Below, in pieces: positions 39,427 to 51,319 of a stretch of DNA of 64,000 bases. The translations under genes were made by a program, and so were the position numbers. Origin of the DNA: Camelus ferus (taxonomy: Eukaryota). The DNA lies in assembly GCF_009834535.1 (NCBI RefSeq), contig NC_045697.1, positions 44,332,001 to 44,396,000 of the forward strand, in the 5' to 3' direction. Position 1 is the first letter of the stretch, and every line of letters begins with the position of its first letter. The notes beneath the pieces are model-generated. The model was given only the letters and a program-made list of their open reading frames with translations, had not been told where the DNA came from and did no database searches.

Positions 39427-39590
39427 TTTTTTTTTAATTGAAGTATAGTCAGTGTACAATATTGTGTCAATTTCTGGTGTACAGCTTAATGTTTCAGTCA
39501 TACATACATATACATATATTCATTTTGATATCCTTTTTCATTATAGTTTATGGCAAGATATTGAATACAGTTCCCTGTGCTATACAGGGA
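39427..39590 (-). mobile_element. Young 5'-truncated L1 3' end, inserted in L2-like sequence
   Basis: poly-T then AATTGAAGTATAGTCAGTGTACAATATTGTGTCAATTTCTGGTGTACAGC...GATATTGAATACAGTTCCCTGTGCTATACAG. Confidence 0.85.
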
Positions 39591-39844
39591 ACCTTTATTA
39601 TATTCCTCTTTCTTCCTCTCTCTTATATCTTTCCTGGCTCCTTCCCATCAGCCAGGCATTTACAGATTTCTTCTATTCTAAAAAGTAATTCTCCTGGGCT
39701 AAATTATGATGGATCTCTATAATAGAATACTGTCCAGTCGTCTGAAATATTGATGGAAGTGTATATATCTCACATGGAAAGATGATCACAAAAATGAGTG
39801 AAAGAAGTTTTAAAGTAGCTTATCAAGTGATTTTCTTTTTCTTA

Positions 39845-40180
39845 TTTTATTTATATTTTTTATTTTAAATGCTGTAAAAGAAAATACATAACATAAAATT
39901 TACCATCTTAACTATTTTGGAGTATACAATGTACCCATTAAACAGTAGCTCCCTTTTCCCCCGGCCTCCCCCAGCCCTTGGCCACCACCATCTCCTTTAT
40001 GTCTCTATGAATTTGACAATTCTAGGTACCTCATATAAGTGGAATCATAGAACATTTGTCCTTTTCTGATTGGTTTATTTCACTTAGCACAGTGTCCTAA
40101 TGGTTTACCCAGGTTGTAGCAGGTCAGAATTTCTTCCTTTTTAAGGCTTAATAACATTCCATTGTATTTATATACCATGT
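39845..40180 (-). mobile_element. L1MB-like 3' UTR fragment
   Basis: ACATAACATAAAATTTACCATCTTAAC...GTCTCTATGAATTTGACAATTCTAGGTACCTCATATAAGTGGAATCATA. Confidence 0.85.
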
Positions 40181-42044
40181 TTTAAATGATTTCATTTTTG
40201 AAGAAAAATGTATTTGTTAGTATATGTAAATACATATGGTATAAAAACACACATATATACATATAGAAGATTGTACATCAAAATGTTAACAGTGGTTATC
40301 TCTAAATTGTGGAATCTTGAATACTTTTCACCTTCTTTCTCCTCATGTGTGCCTTCTAAAGTGTCTGCAGCGAGCGCACTTCCCCGTCGTAAATGCCGAA
40401 GGAGACAGAAGTCAGTGGCGCCTTGTGGGCTACAGTCTAGTCATCCCCGCCGCCCACCGGGCGCCTGCCCTTCTCTCCAGCTTGTCATGCCCCACTCTCT
40501 GCCTTACCCGTTACGCTCTGAGCACCACAAAGTCCTGGTTCCTGCACCCGTAGAGGCTGGATGCCCTGGAGCCCTCACCTGTGCCACCCCCTCTCCCCAG
40601 CTGTAGGGGAAGCCTCTGCACCCTGAAGACACAGCCCAGAGCCATTTCCTTCTTGCTTGCCCTCCCACTGCGCTCCGTGCTGGGTCAGCTTGCTCCCTTC
40701 AGGGCTCCCTAATCCCTTTACCAATCTGGTGCTGCACTTGTTTCCTGATTATCTACGAGCTGCCTGGGGGCAGGGGCTGCGCGTCCATCCCTGTGTTTGC
40801 AGCACTTGGCACAGAGCCTGGGCAACTAAGCTGGGCGGCTTGGGGAGCCACTGGCTGTTCAGACAGGCTGGATCTCTGGATGCTCAGGAATGAGGCTGAA
40901 AATGTCGGTGGAAGACTTGCCCCAAAGCCCTTCGTTCCACGACACCCTGCTGCCCCTTGCATGGACCGGGTAAAGATGTAAATATACGTTACATTTGACC
41001 AAAAATAAATTCGATGTTAAAATTATTGAAAAGCACTACATTTCTATCTTCATGATACCAGTGAACTCTGGCCCTAGTCCTTGGTCACGTGGCCATGCCT
41101 GGTCTCCTGTTGTGCTGGCTCATACACACGTTTGGTAAATACCTGTCAACCTCCTTCATAACCCTAGTGGCTCCCTATGATCAAACCTCTCTTCCTTGGC
41201 TGCTTGGATAGGCTGGGACAGGAGTTATTTAGGGCCATGGGAGGCCTTTATTACCATCCTCCAAGTCTATGATAGTGACTCGTTGCTTACATTACAAGTA
41301 TGATTGATCCCAATCAGGACCCTTTTGAGAAACAGAAAAGGGGTAAAAAGATCTACTGCCAGCATAGCTTGAGTGCTGTGTTTAAGCATCCTGGTGGGTA
41401 AAGGCAGCTGATGAATTCTTGCTGCACTTGCTGTTGCCAGCGACACCTGGCTCCTTAAGAAAGGCTCTGAAAGTCATATTGTGTTTAATAGTAGCTCACT
41501 CTGAAAGCTGTTATAGGCCAAGTTTGGTAAAGCAAATTCCACAGGCTGGTACAGTTAGGTAGTTTGAGACAATTCTCTTACCTTTAAAAGAGGGATTCTA
41601 GGCCTCCTTTAGGGAGCATTAAAAGAGCAGAAGGAAAAATGAAAAATGGTTTTAATTACTGTGGCACTGAATCGTTCGGGGCTATCGTCTGCTTCTCAGG
41701 CCGTGAGGATTTATCTTGGTTTTCCTTGAGAAAGGTCGCCCAATGTGAGTGATTTACCCAGACTATCTGAAATATTTTTAGCAAAAATTATTGATGACAG
41801 GACACTTGATGTTTGAAATGATACATTTTCCAGCTATTGGACCAACATGTGGTGTACTGGCATTGGTAGCCCGTGCTGCTCGCATCAGAATCACAACAGC
41901 TTAATTTAATGGTTCCTTCTTACCAAGATCAGGCTCTTTTTGTAGAAGTTTGGCTAGACTAGATAATCCTGGGTATGATATTTTTGTCTTGTTCTCTTTT
42001 GTTTTTGCTCAGTAAGCCAGAAGAGGAAGTAACAACATTACTTG

Positions 42045-42550
42045 GAATGAGCACTAGACTCAGAGATGTAATGTCAGCATTTAAATCCTAGACTAACCAC
42101 CCTCTATACCGGTTGTGCGCTTGGATGAGTTATTTAAACTCTAACAGAAGCTTTAGAGTTTCTGTTGTTCGTCAGTAAAATGCGGATTTATTTGCCTGTC
42201 TTGCTCACTAGACTGTAAGCTTCTTCAGAGTAGGGATTATGGCTCATGCATCATTGGAAACTCAATACATGGATGTGGCCTGGCAGGTAAGAACTCTATA
42301 AATATTTGTGGACTAAATCAGATTCACTTTACTTACTTCATAGGTTGTTTGGAAGGCACAGGTAGGATGAGCAGCAGTAGAGGGGAGTGTTAACAGCACA
42401 GTCCTTGGGTCCCAGTCCTGGCTCCAGCACGTGACAGTGGGCAAGTAACTGTTTTCTGGGCATCTGTGGAAGTGGGTGATGGTTCCTAGCTCCTAGGGTT
42501 GTAGTCGGTGTGCCTGCACACAGGAAGTGCTGTGTACATACCAGCTATTG
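42045..42550 (+). mobile_element. Cluster of MIR and L2 tail fragments
   Basis: TTGGATGAGTTATTTAAACTCT (MIR); CACTAGACTGTAAGCTTCTTCAGAGTAGGGA (L2 tail); CCCAGTCCTGGCTCCAGCAC (MIR). Confidence 0.6.
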
Positions 42551-44929
42551 ATGAAACATGGGAACGGGCTTTGCAAAGTGCTGTTCACATAAAGGTAGTA
42601 TTGATTCGATGCTACCTTGCTAATTGTTGGACACACTAGGAAATACTTACAGGACTGGGTTTTTCCTTTTCTTAATTAGTGGTAATTCAGTTCCGTTTCA
42701 CATTTTCCAAAGCCCAACTTAGGGTATCTTTCAGCTGGACCCTTTTAGTGACACCCATAAGCACCTGGATGCAAAGTGTAAGTTCGGAGAAGCCCTGACC
42801 TTGGGCTGCCCCAGCCTGGACCTGCTGCCTGCTGTCTTTTTCCTCTCTTTGCTTTGTGGAAGTAATTCTGGTCAATTCCCAGGCAGTACAGATTTTTAAG
42901 ATGATGTTAAATAATAATGATTTCAGATGTGCAAACACTGCATCAGTTTCTACGCTAGTTTCTCAACCTCTTGCGTCTTGGCCACTAGAGTCCCTCGTGT
43001 GCCATGCTGCCTGCCTCATCTTCCCATAATTTTACTCTCCCAAGGTCTCCCCAACCCAGGAACCCTCCTGAGATAGTACATTATTATAGGACCAAATCCA
43101 GGCTACTGGCGTTGCCATTCAAGGCCGTGTATGATCTGAACCCATTTTATCTAGCCACGTTTTACTTCCAGTTTCTCTCTGATGTAGACTTTTACTGCCC
43201 AGTCACCTGGGCCTAGTCTTGTCTTCTTACTTTCATTTTCACGGTCCCCACACGAAAATGCCCTCCCTGCCCATTCTGTTTATTTACATTTGCCCATAGA
43301 TTTAACGCCCCTCCCTTTCATAAATCCTACCTCTTCCTGAACATTGACTGGCTTCTCCTGTATTTTTGCATTGCGGCTTTATTAAGTGCCATTTTGAAAA
43401 TGAGTATCTTCTCATGAATGACTCAGATGTTAACTTGATAATATTAAAATTATTTTAAGCTTACCGTTAGGCATTCAGGAAAATTGTACTTGTTTTATAT
43501 GCAGTATAAGTTAAAAAAATATTAACTTTTTCCTCTTGGCAGCTATAATTCCACCCCACTGCACATAAATAAAGCCCTGGAGTCCAGACCATATGCAGTA
43601 AAACAAAATAATATTGTAGAGCAAAGCAGGGCTACTATTGCTATTATGGGACTCATAAGTCTCTTATTTCTTGACTTTTATAACACGTGAGACATTGGCT
43701 GTTTCAGTATCTCAGCAATTCTTCACTATTAAACCATGGATAGACTATAGAATTAAGAGCCAGAACCCTGAAATCATTTAAGCACACAGTAGGAATTCAA
43801 TCATTGTTGTGGACAGATTGGTTTGTGGTTTATTTTTGGCTCCTCACTGGTTGATACATGTCAATTCACCTTTCTGTACTAATTTAGTACATCTTCTAAA
43901 AATTAGGATTTTCTTAAGCTTCAGATATAATGAAATAAAATTTAATTGCTAGAGTACAAACATACTACATGTCATGAGAATCAACATCACCTTCCTTTTG
44001 CCCTCCCTCTCTTCCTTCTTTTTCTTCTTTTCTTTCACATCAGTGGGCATCTGAAATGCTGAGTGCATTGGACCAGAAGGAGCTGGGTGGACGTGTGGAT
44101 GAGTAAAACATTGCCTTCACTCTAAGAAATCACAGCCTAGCACTGGAGACACACAGGAACAACTATGGTCTAACTACGAGATTGAATTAAATAAGGGTAA
44201 ATAGTTACATAAGCAAACTGGGTAAATACAGAGAAAGAAGGAGAAGCTTGGAAAACATATGAACATAATAAATCATACTAAGTTTCTAGTATGTGCCAAG
44301 CTCTGTGCTAGGTCATAATTATGTTACTACATCCTCACAACAAATATTTAAGGTAGGTACATTAATCTACTTTTCAAAAATAAATAAATTGGAACACAAT
44401 GTGAAAGAGGCAGAGCTGTGATTCAAATCCAGACCACTCTTTTACTATACCAGCCTGTCTTTATGCCAGTGTGAAAATAAAGTTTAATATGTAAATAAAA
44501 AGGTTTTGATGGATACTTCAAAATAACCACAAAGCTTTGCAGAGGCTGGCATTTCCCTTGAGGACATTAGCCAGGATAAAAAGGAATAAAGTACAAAAGA
44601 AATAATGCACAGGAGAAAAAAAAACTTTAGAAGAAAATACCCTTCAGTTTTGAAGTCTCCCAAGTAATGAATGGTAATCTCTTCTTTATGAATTTAACCA
44701 CTGCAATACCAGGTAGAGATATTGAAGATCATTCTGTGAATCATCAAAATAGAACTAACTTTCCTTAGGATTATTAAGTAGATTGCAAAGGGGGACTTCG
44801 ACACAATTTTTATATGTAGTTGTGCATTTCAGCAGTTATTGCAGATGAACATTAAAAACGCCATCAAATTTCAAATTAATCCCCTTGAGTTTTTTCTACT
44901 GAATTCTTTGATACTTCTAAATTAATTTG

Positions 44930-46070
44930 GTGAGAGTGGCTTTCTTCACAGAATTCTAATTAACCCTCCAGGAAAATTTATTCAAGTTTTTGTATCGCTC
45001 AGAGTTTTGTGGGGTTTTTTTCATGTATATTTCTCATTACAGATAGTCCTAGATATTTTATGGCTTTTGTTGCTGTTGTAAATCTATTACGTTTTCATTT
45101 TTTTCCTGTACAATTAAAAGCTGTTTGAATTTTCACCTTTTATCCAGCCCTTTATATGAACACTCATTAACTCCAATAATATTTTAATCAATTCTCTGGT
45201 CTTATTGTTGCAGATAATAATCCCACTTCTGTATTTCTTATAAGCAGACCCCTTATTTTTGTTCTTGTTTTTAACTGAACTGATAAAACCTGCCTGAACA
45301 GTGTTAATAATTGTTAAAAAGAAAATTCAACTGAGTAAACATTAAAGATCTTATTGGCTTTATTTAATGAGTCATAAATGGGGCAGCATCCCATCTGTGA
45401 TGGGAGTTCCGAGAAGCTGTACAAAATAGAAGACTTTATAGGCAGAAGGAGGCAGGGCAAGGAATTTATTCTAGCAAAGAGTGGATTGTTTCAGGCAATG
45501 TCCCCCGAAGGAACTGGGGGAAGACAGGGGTCTACTAAACAGATTACCTCACTAGTGCTGACTGAGTAATTCCAGATTGACTGGTTGAAGGCTACATTCT
45601 GGGAGAGGCTGAAACAGAAGTTAGATTAGGTATTAACTCTTGGTTTTGGTGACATGCGCTAAGTACAAGTGACTCCATTTTGGGACTGTTATCTCTTTTT
45701 CAGCATAATCATGGTAATAGTATTCATTCATACACTAGTTTTGTTTAATAGGAAAGCTCTCTTTTCACACCAAAAAATAATATTGGCTGATGGTTTGTGA
45801 GAGATACTCATTATAAAGCCCTCTACTCCTAGTTTTCCTAGATATTTTGTAAGGGATGAGAACTAAATTTTGCCAAGTGCCTTTTCAACATCCTCGTAGG
45901 ATTTCTCTTATATGACTTATTATTGTATTTCATTATCTTCATCATAATAATTATATATTTCCTGGGATAAGGTCTCCTAGAGCATGGTTTATTTTTCTTT
46001 TAGTCTACTGTTGAATTTTTGTGCTACTTTCTATTTAGGACTTTTTACTCACATTATTCCTCAGCGTTAT
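44930..46070 (-). mobile_element. Old L1M fragment interrupted by a solo LTR
   Basis: TTTGTTGCTGTTGTAAAT, TTATCCAGCC, CTCTACTCCTAGTTTTCCTAG, ATTTTGCCAAGTGCCTTTTCAACATC. Confidence 0.6.
45312..45705 (-). mobile_element. Solo LTR (ERV1-type, 4-bp TSD TAAT)
   Basis: TG...CA termini with TAAT at 45308-45311 and 45706-45709; TTTATT (antisense polyA signal) near the left end. Confidence 0.8.
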
Positions 46071-46355
46071 ACATACAGATAAGTATGTGTATTATATATG
46101 GTTGCACTGGGGAATCACACTGTACATATGCTTTCGTATCCTGAATTTTGTACTTGTATACCATAAGCATTTTCCTATGGCATTAGAAATTCTTCAAAAT
46201 ACATTTCAATGGCTGCAGAGTATATTAGGTGTATATTATAACTTCCTTAACCTTCTTCTATTTTTCATTGCTCTAAGTCTTTCCTAATTTTTTACTGTTA
46301 TAAATAATGTAGGGCTGAACATCATTACATATAAGCTTTTGTTCATATTGCTGAT

Positions 46356-46810
46356 TGTTTCTGTAGTTGTCAAGGGCTACCACAACAAATCACCACAAAC
46401 TCAGTAGCACGTCACAAAATAGCGGAAATTGATTCTCTCACAGTTCTGGGGACCAGAAATCCAAAACCAAAGTGTTGGCGGGGCCATGCTCCCTTTGATG
46501 GCTCTGGAGGGAGACTCTTTCCTTGCCTCTTCCAGCTTTTGGTGGCTCCTGGCATTCCTTGGATCCTGGCAGCATCGCTCCAATCTCTGCCTGTCTCCAC
46601 ATGGCCTTCTTCTCTATGTATGTCTCTCTGTGTCCTCTCCTTTTCTTGTAAGGACAGCAGTCATTGAATTTAGGGCCTACCCTAAATCCACGATGATTTC
46701 TTTTAAAGATACTTTGTTAATTACATCTGCATAGGCCCTGTTTTCAAGCAAGGTCACATTCACAGGTAACGATATCTTTTTTTGAGGGGGACAGTGTTTA
46801 ACGCAGTACA
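46356..46810 (-). mobile_element. MaLR solo LTR (MLT1B/C-like)
   Basis: CAACAAATCACCACAAAC...TTCTCTCACAGTTCTGGGGACCAGAAATCCAAAA...AATTACATCTGCA...GGTCACATTCACAGGT...CAGTACA. Confidence 0.87.
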
Positions 46811-47103
46811 CGCTCCTGAGTAAAAGTACAAAGGCAAAGGATAGGTGCCTCTTAACCTCTTGATACTTACAACCTAATTGTTTCCCAGAATGTGTAAGAG
46901 AGCTGGTTCACCAGTGGTGTAAAGAGTGCCCGTTTATTTACGTCTTAACCTGCACTACGTATTACCATTAAAAAAAAAAAAGTCTCTTTTGGATGGGGAA
47001 ACTGATTTTTTAAATTTTGTCTCAATTGTTCTTCAAGTTGACAAAATTCTGTGTACTTATTATGGACATTTGTAATTCTTCTGTAAAATCTTTATTCATA
47101 TTT

Positions 47104-47525
47104 TCTTCATATTCTCCTGATGCCTCAACATCCACCTTGCCCAGACCAGCGGGTCAGTGTGATAGGCTGATCCAGCCACAGATTACCCCTTGCCCTCCCC
47201 TGACTGTGACCCAGTAATGTTCAAACACACCCACGAAATCCCCTGGCACCTTTTGCATGTGCGCTTTCTCCGATCCCCAGTAAAGGCACTGCCCGCGGGT
47301 CCTCACTTTTCCTGCTCCCACCTGCCAAGTTAAGCCACTTCCTGGCCGCTCCTCGAACGTGGTTCCCTGCGCTGTCCGCAGGGCCTCCCTCTTCGAGGAC
47401 CTATAATCAAGCTCTTTCACTTTCATACCCTTCTCCGCGGTGTTATTCCGTGTCTGCACCCGACCGATCATCCAGAACCAAAACCCACCCCAAACATTTA
47501 AGTAACAATTATTCCTTACGACACA
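47104..47525 (+). mobile_element. 5' LTR of the provirus (extreme 5' end apparently missing)
   Basis: shares blocks with 53733-54198: CTTCATATT, GAAATCCCCT, CCCCAGTAAAGGCACT, AAGCCACT, AGGACCT, CACTTTCATACCC, ATTCCTTAC; ends ...ACACA. Confidence 0.8.
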
Positions 47526-47527
47526 AT

Positions 47528-47545
47528 TGGCGAGGAGGATGGGAT
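47528..47545 (+). promoter_or_regulatory. Primer-binding site complementary to tRNA-Ser(GCU)
   Basis: TGGCGAGGAGGATGGGAT, 17/18 match to TGGCGACGAGGATGGGAT (reverse complement of the recalled mammalian tRNA-Ser(GCU) 3' end), 2 nt after the LTR. Confidence 0.8.
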
Positions 47546-49159
47546 GATCTAAGCCACGGACGGAAAACCCCACGGAGATGCCCTGGGACTGCTCTTGGGT
47601 GATGAATGGGCCCTGGCGCCCGGTCTCCAGCATTTGGAAGGCTGTGTCTTGGCGTTCACGTGCGCTGCCTTGCGCGCCCCCTCCAAATGCCGCCAAGACT
47701 CCCCACCCTAAAGGGCGACCGTGCCCCAAGTCTCATATGAGAGCCCGGAATGCCGTTTCCCAGCCTGAGCCTCGCAGAAGGAGGCTGCCCGGGACACTAG
47801 AACCACTGGGTAGCTTGCCTGTCATTCCGCCTGCAGTCCTGGAGCTTGGACTAATTGGAGAAAAACTTCTGCCGGTGTCTCGATTAAGCCACCGTGGAGT
47901 GTCCCCGAGTGCTGAGTGTTAGCCCCCAAAACAGAGGGGTCGACGTGTCCTGGTCTACGGGCTCGGGACCCTGTCCACACCGCTCCTGGGGCTTTGAGTG
48001 ACACTCTTGGGGGAGAAGTGCTCGCTTCCCATTCGGTGTCGGGCGATGCCCCCGCCCTCGGAGTGTCCGCGGTGGGGCCCTGTAAGGGTCAGTGCAGCTG
48101 GCGTTGGAGACCCCTTCCTCTGCTGCATCGCTTGCTGTCGCTCTTCTGTCCTCCAAGCCCAAGGGATATCATAGGTCCCAGCCACGCAGACTGGTAGCTC
48201 AACTGGGATTAAAAAAAAAAAAAAAAAAAAAGCTGGAGGAAGGAGCACTTTAATCCTGCACCCCTCAAACACCTGAGGCGGTTTCTCAGCTAGTGTGAGA
48301 AAGCAAATCTCCCTGTCAATTTGAGCTCTGCTACCCATTGACATGCGAAGAGTCTCCTTAGAATTCAGTTGTCACAAAACAAAAGATTTAAAAGACAAAG
48401 TTGAGGCTGGTGTTGCCCTCCTACTTGTTGACCCCAGTCCCTCTGAGGTAGGTTGATGGGGACCCTCTAGAGAGAGAGTCTGCCCCCCCCTCCCATCACA
48501 GCAAGGGTCACTCTGGAACAGCAGACCTGGGTACTAACATTCAAGGAGAGAGGAAAAATTTTTAGTTGCAAAACACTTGAAAAGATTTTGTTTAACAAAA
48601 CAGAGAAAAAGAAAAGGAGACCAAAAAAAAAAAAAAAAAAGACTAATTATCATGTGGTGGGTGAGGGGATGTCACAGAGAGAGAGAGACCTCTGCGCAGA
48701 GACAGGGAGTCCCTTCCTCTTTCTCCCTTCGCTTTTAGCAAAACTAAAAACCACCCCTTTCAGGTGGCTAAATAAGTAAATAAAGCTTTGGGGAAAGAAA
48801 ATGCAACTGTTGGAGACTGCAAGCCCAACGGAAAAAAAGGGAACTTTAAACTTTATGTGCCCAGCAAAAACCAGGTGTATTGAACATAATGCTAGTCCTG
48901 GATTACTTATTGACTAAACCAACAACAAGAACAACAAAAAAACCTAAATACAGGGGAAAAAATAAATTAAAAGTAATTAAATAAATTATGTATATGTGTA
49001 TAACTAAGATAAAACAAAGTTCCATTATTTGACCCAATTGGAAATCCAAAAGTTATATACAATGATTTTGTACTGAAGAATTTCTGTAACAAAAAGATTA
49101 AAAGGGCACTGATTGGCTTCTGTGCCTCTACAACCTAGAGGTTTAATATCTGCTAAAAT

Positions 49160-51060
49160 GCACCAATTGACAAAACTTCCTGGACTTAATACTAGGGCTT
49201 AAATTAGAGTTACATCTGTGCATCCCGCTATAACCCATTACGCCCCCTATAACCTTAAAAAGTAACAATATAAAGTAGAGGAAAAAAATAGGTATGTCTC
49301 ACTTTAACTTTAGTCTTTAACTGTAATTCACTGCACTTTAACTCACTTTTAATGTAACCCATTGCCCTAAAATATTCCATTTTAGACATACATGTTCTAA
49401 CAGCATGAATAATATATTAAAATCGATGTAAATTTTTGGCACTTACGAACTGGCTTGATAAATGGAATCCCATTTCCCCAGTTAAAATAGTTAATATGGA
49501 CCAAAATAAATTAAAATAGGATCTTCAAAGATTAAAATTTATTATATAAAACCTAATAAGTAAAAGAATGATCATCCCCATTGCTTCTTTATTTGACAGT
49601 CCAATTTTGCCTGTTCTTAAATCTGAAAAATAAGTAAATGAATGGTGCCTCATGATGGAGTGTTACCACCTTAATGCTGTGGTCTCATTCATCAAGGCCC
49701 CAGTATTATTGAAATTAATGATTCTATTCAATCAATAACCAGTAAATATTTCGCTCTTACAGATTGGCTAACATATCCAATTCAGTGCCTATTTCAGCAG
49801 ACTCTCAGCTGCAGTTTGCCCCCACCTCTGAAGGGACACAAAACACCTTTTCCAGGCTACCCATGGGCAGCTTTGCCATCACACACTGTCTTCGCCGACA
49901 AGACCTGCACCCTCTCCAGGTGCACAGGTCTGACAGCACATTGTTAACAGCCTCCTCCAAGGACTTTCACTGGAGACACATTAATGTGTGTTAATAACCA
50001 AACATCATTTTGTCCTTTTTGGATTCTGGTGACATTTGTCATTTATGAATTTTACTTACAAATTAAAATCCTCAGGCACTCCTGTTAGTGTCTTCAAAAC
50101 CTTCACTACAAAGGCTTTGGCAACCTCTTCTCATGCCTCCTGGAGCCTCTGGACCACTTAACATGGCCATTGGTTGCCCCAGGGCTTCTGATGTAAGACT
50201 TGGTCTCAGGCTAAATACCATTAAAACAACAAGTGACTGTCTACCTACTGAGCTTTCCTGGAAATAGAGGCTGTAACAGACCCTGAGCTTGTGACTCTCC
50301 ATACCCAGCTGTTCCCTTATGCTTTGGATCATAAAAATGATCAGCATGGCTACAAGGCCTCCTTAAGACAAGATGGAGCCAAACCTGGCCCTCTGGCACA
50401 TTCCACCTAAAGGAGGGCGTGGCTTCCCTTGTCTTCAGTCCCTTGCCAGATGCCGGGGTGTTGGAGGAGGTCACCACTCCCCCAGACTCCTTGGCTACTT
50501 AGGGAGCCTCACTGGATTAACTGAGTGAAGAGCAGCTGGCATTCATGTACTGTACAGATGGTACTGCTAACCATCACACATGATGGAACTCAGTGGGATG
50601 TTGTTACTTTCCATCCTTTAGCCAGAGTGTCCCTGATAAAGGACAGGACCCAAGAAACAGTGTACTCGGCCAAACTCCAGGCAGTCATCTCACTGTCTGG
50701 AGGTCCTGGCCAACAATGGCCCCATTTCATATTTATTATAAACTGTTGGGCCATTGCCTAAAAATTATCCCCTTCAGGGTGAAATACTTTAGAAATCTCT
50801 TGCCTCGCAGGTACCCAGAATAGAAATAAAAATGGCCCATGCTTCTGCAAATACTACGGCCACCGTGCAGGACTTTGCCAGGACATTCCTTATCCCCTTC
50901 GGAGTTACAGACATTACTAGCAGTAACTAAGATATTTTCATTTTTCAAAATATAAAATGTGAACTCTTGGAAGAGGTACTCAGTAGAACTTTTGTGTCCC
51001 TGATAGATCTCAGATAAAAGTTTAATTGAGAGACATATAGTCTTCTCAAATGACTCCTTT
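49160..51060 (+). pseudogene. pol: Retroviral pro-pol remnants (RT, RNase H, integrase) with many stops and frameshifts
   Basis: from 49568 IIPIASLFDSPILPVLK..EWCLMMECYHLNAVV (cf. ERV-L SPFNSPIWPV.K..WRMTVDYRKLN); LANISNSVPISADSQLQFA..EGTQNTFSRLPMG; RNaseH TDG..W..VTFHP..SAKLQAV; IN PFGVTDITSS and LIERH. Confidence 0.85.
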
Positions 51061-51319
51061 TCAAATTCCAGTACAGCAAATAGTGAACTCCAAAGTTCTC
51101 TGTCTTGCCCCAAGCCTTAACTTATTTTTATAAATTTTCAATGTTATCTCCCATTCCAGAGGGCTGGAGGTCAGATCAAGGGCACATACTTTCCTAGGAC
51201 TCATTAATCATAGATTGTTCCACAGGCCAGGCAGCTGCACATCTGATATAGGACCCATCTGGACCAAAACTTCCACCAGCACTAATACAAAAACCCTGTC
51301 AGTTTCAGCTGCGCACCAT

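Noticed and set aside
47154..48344. ORFs in the ERV LTR and leader as gag
   Set aside because: GC-rich leader on both strands; no matrix, capsid or zinc-knuckle motif recognised
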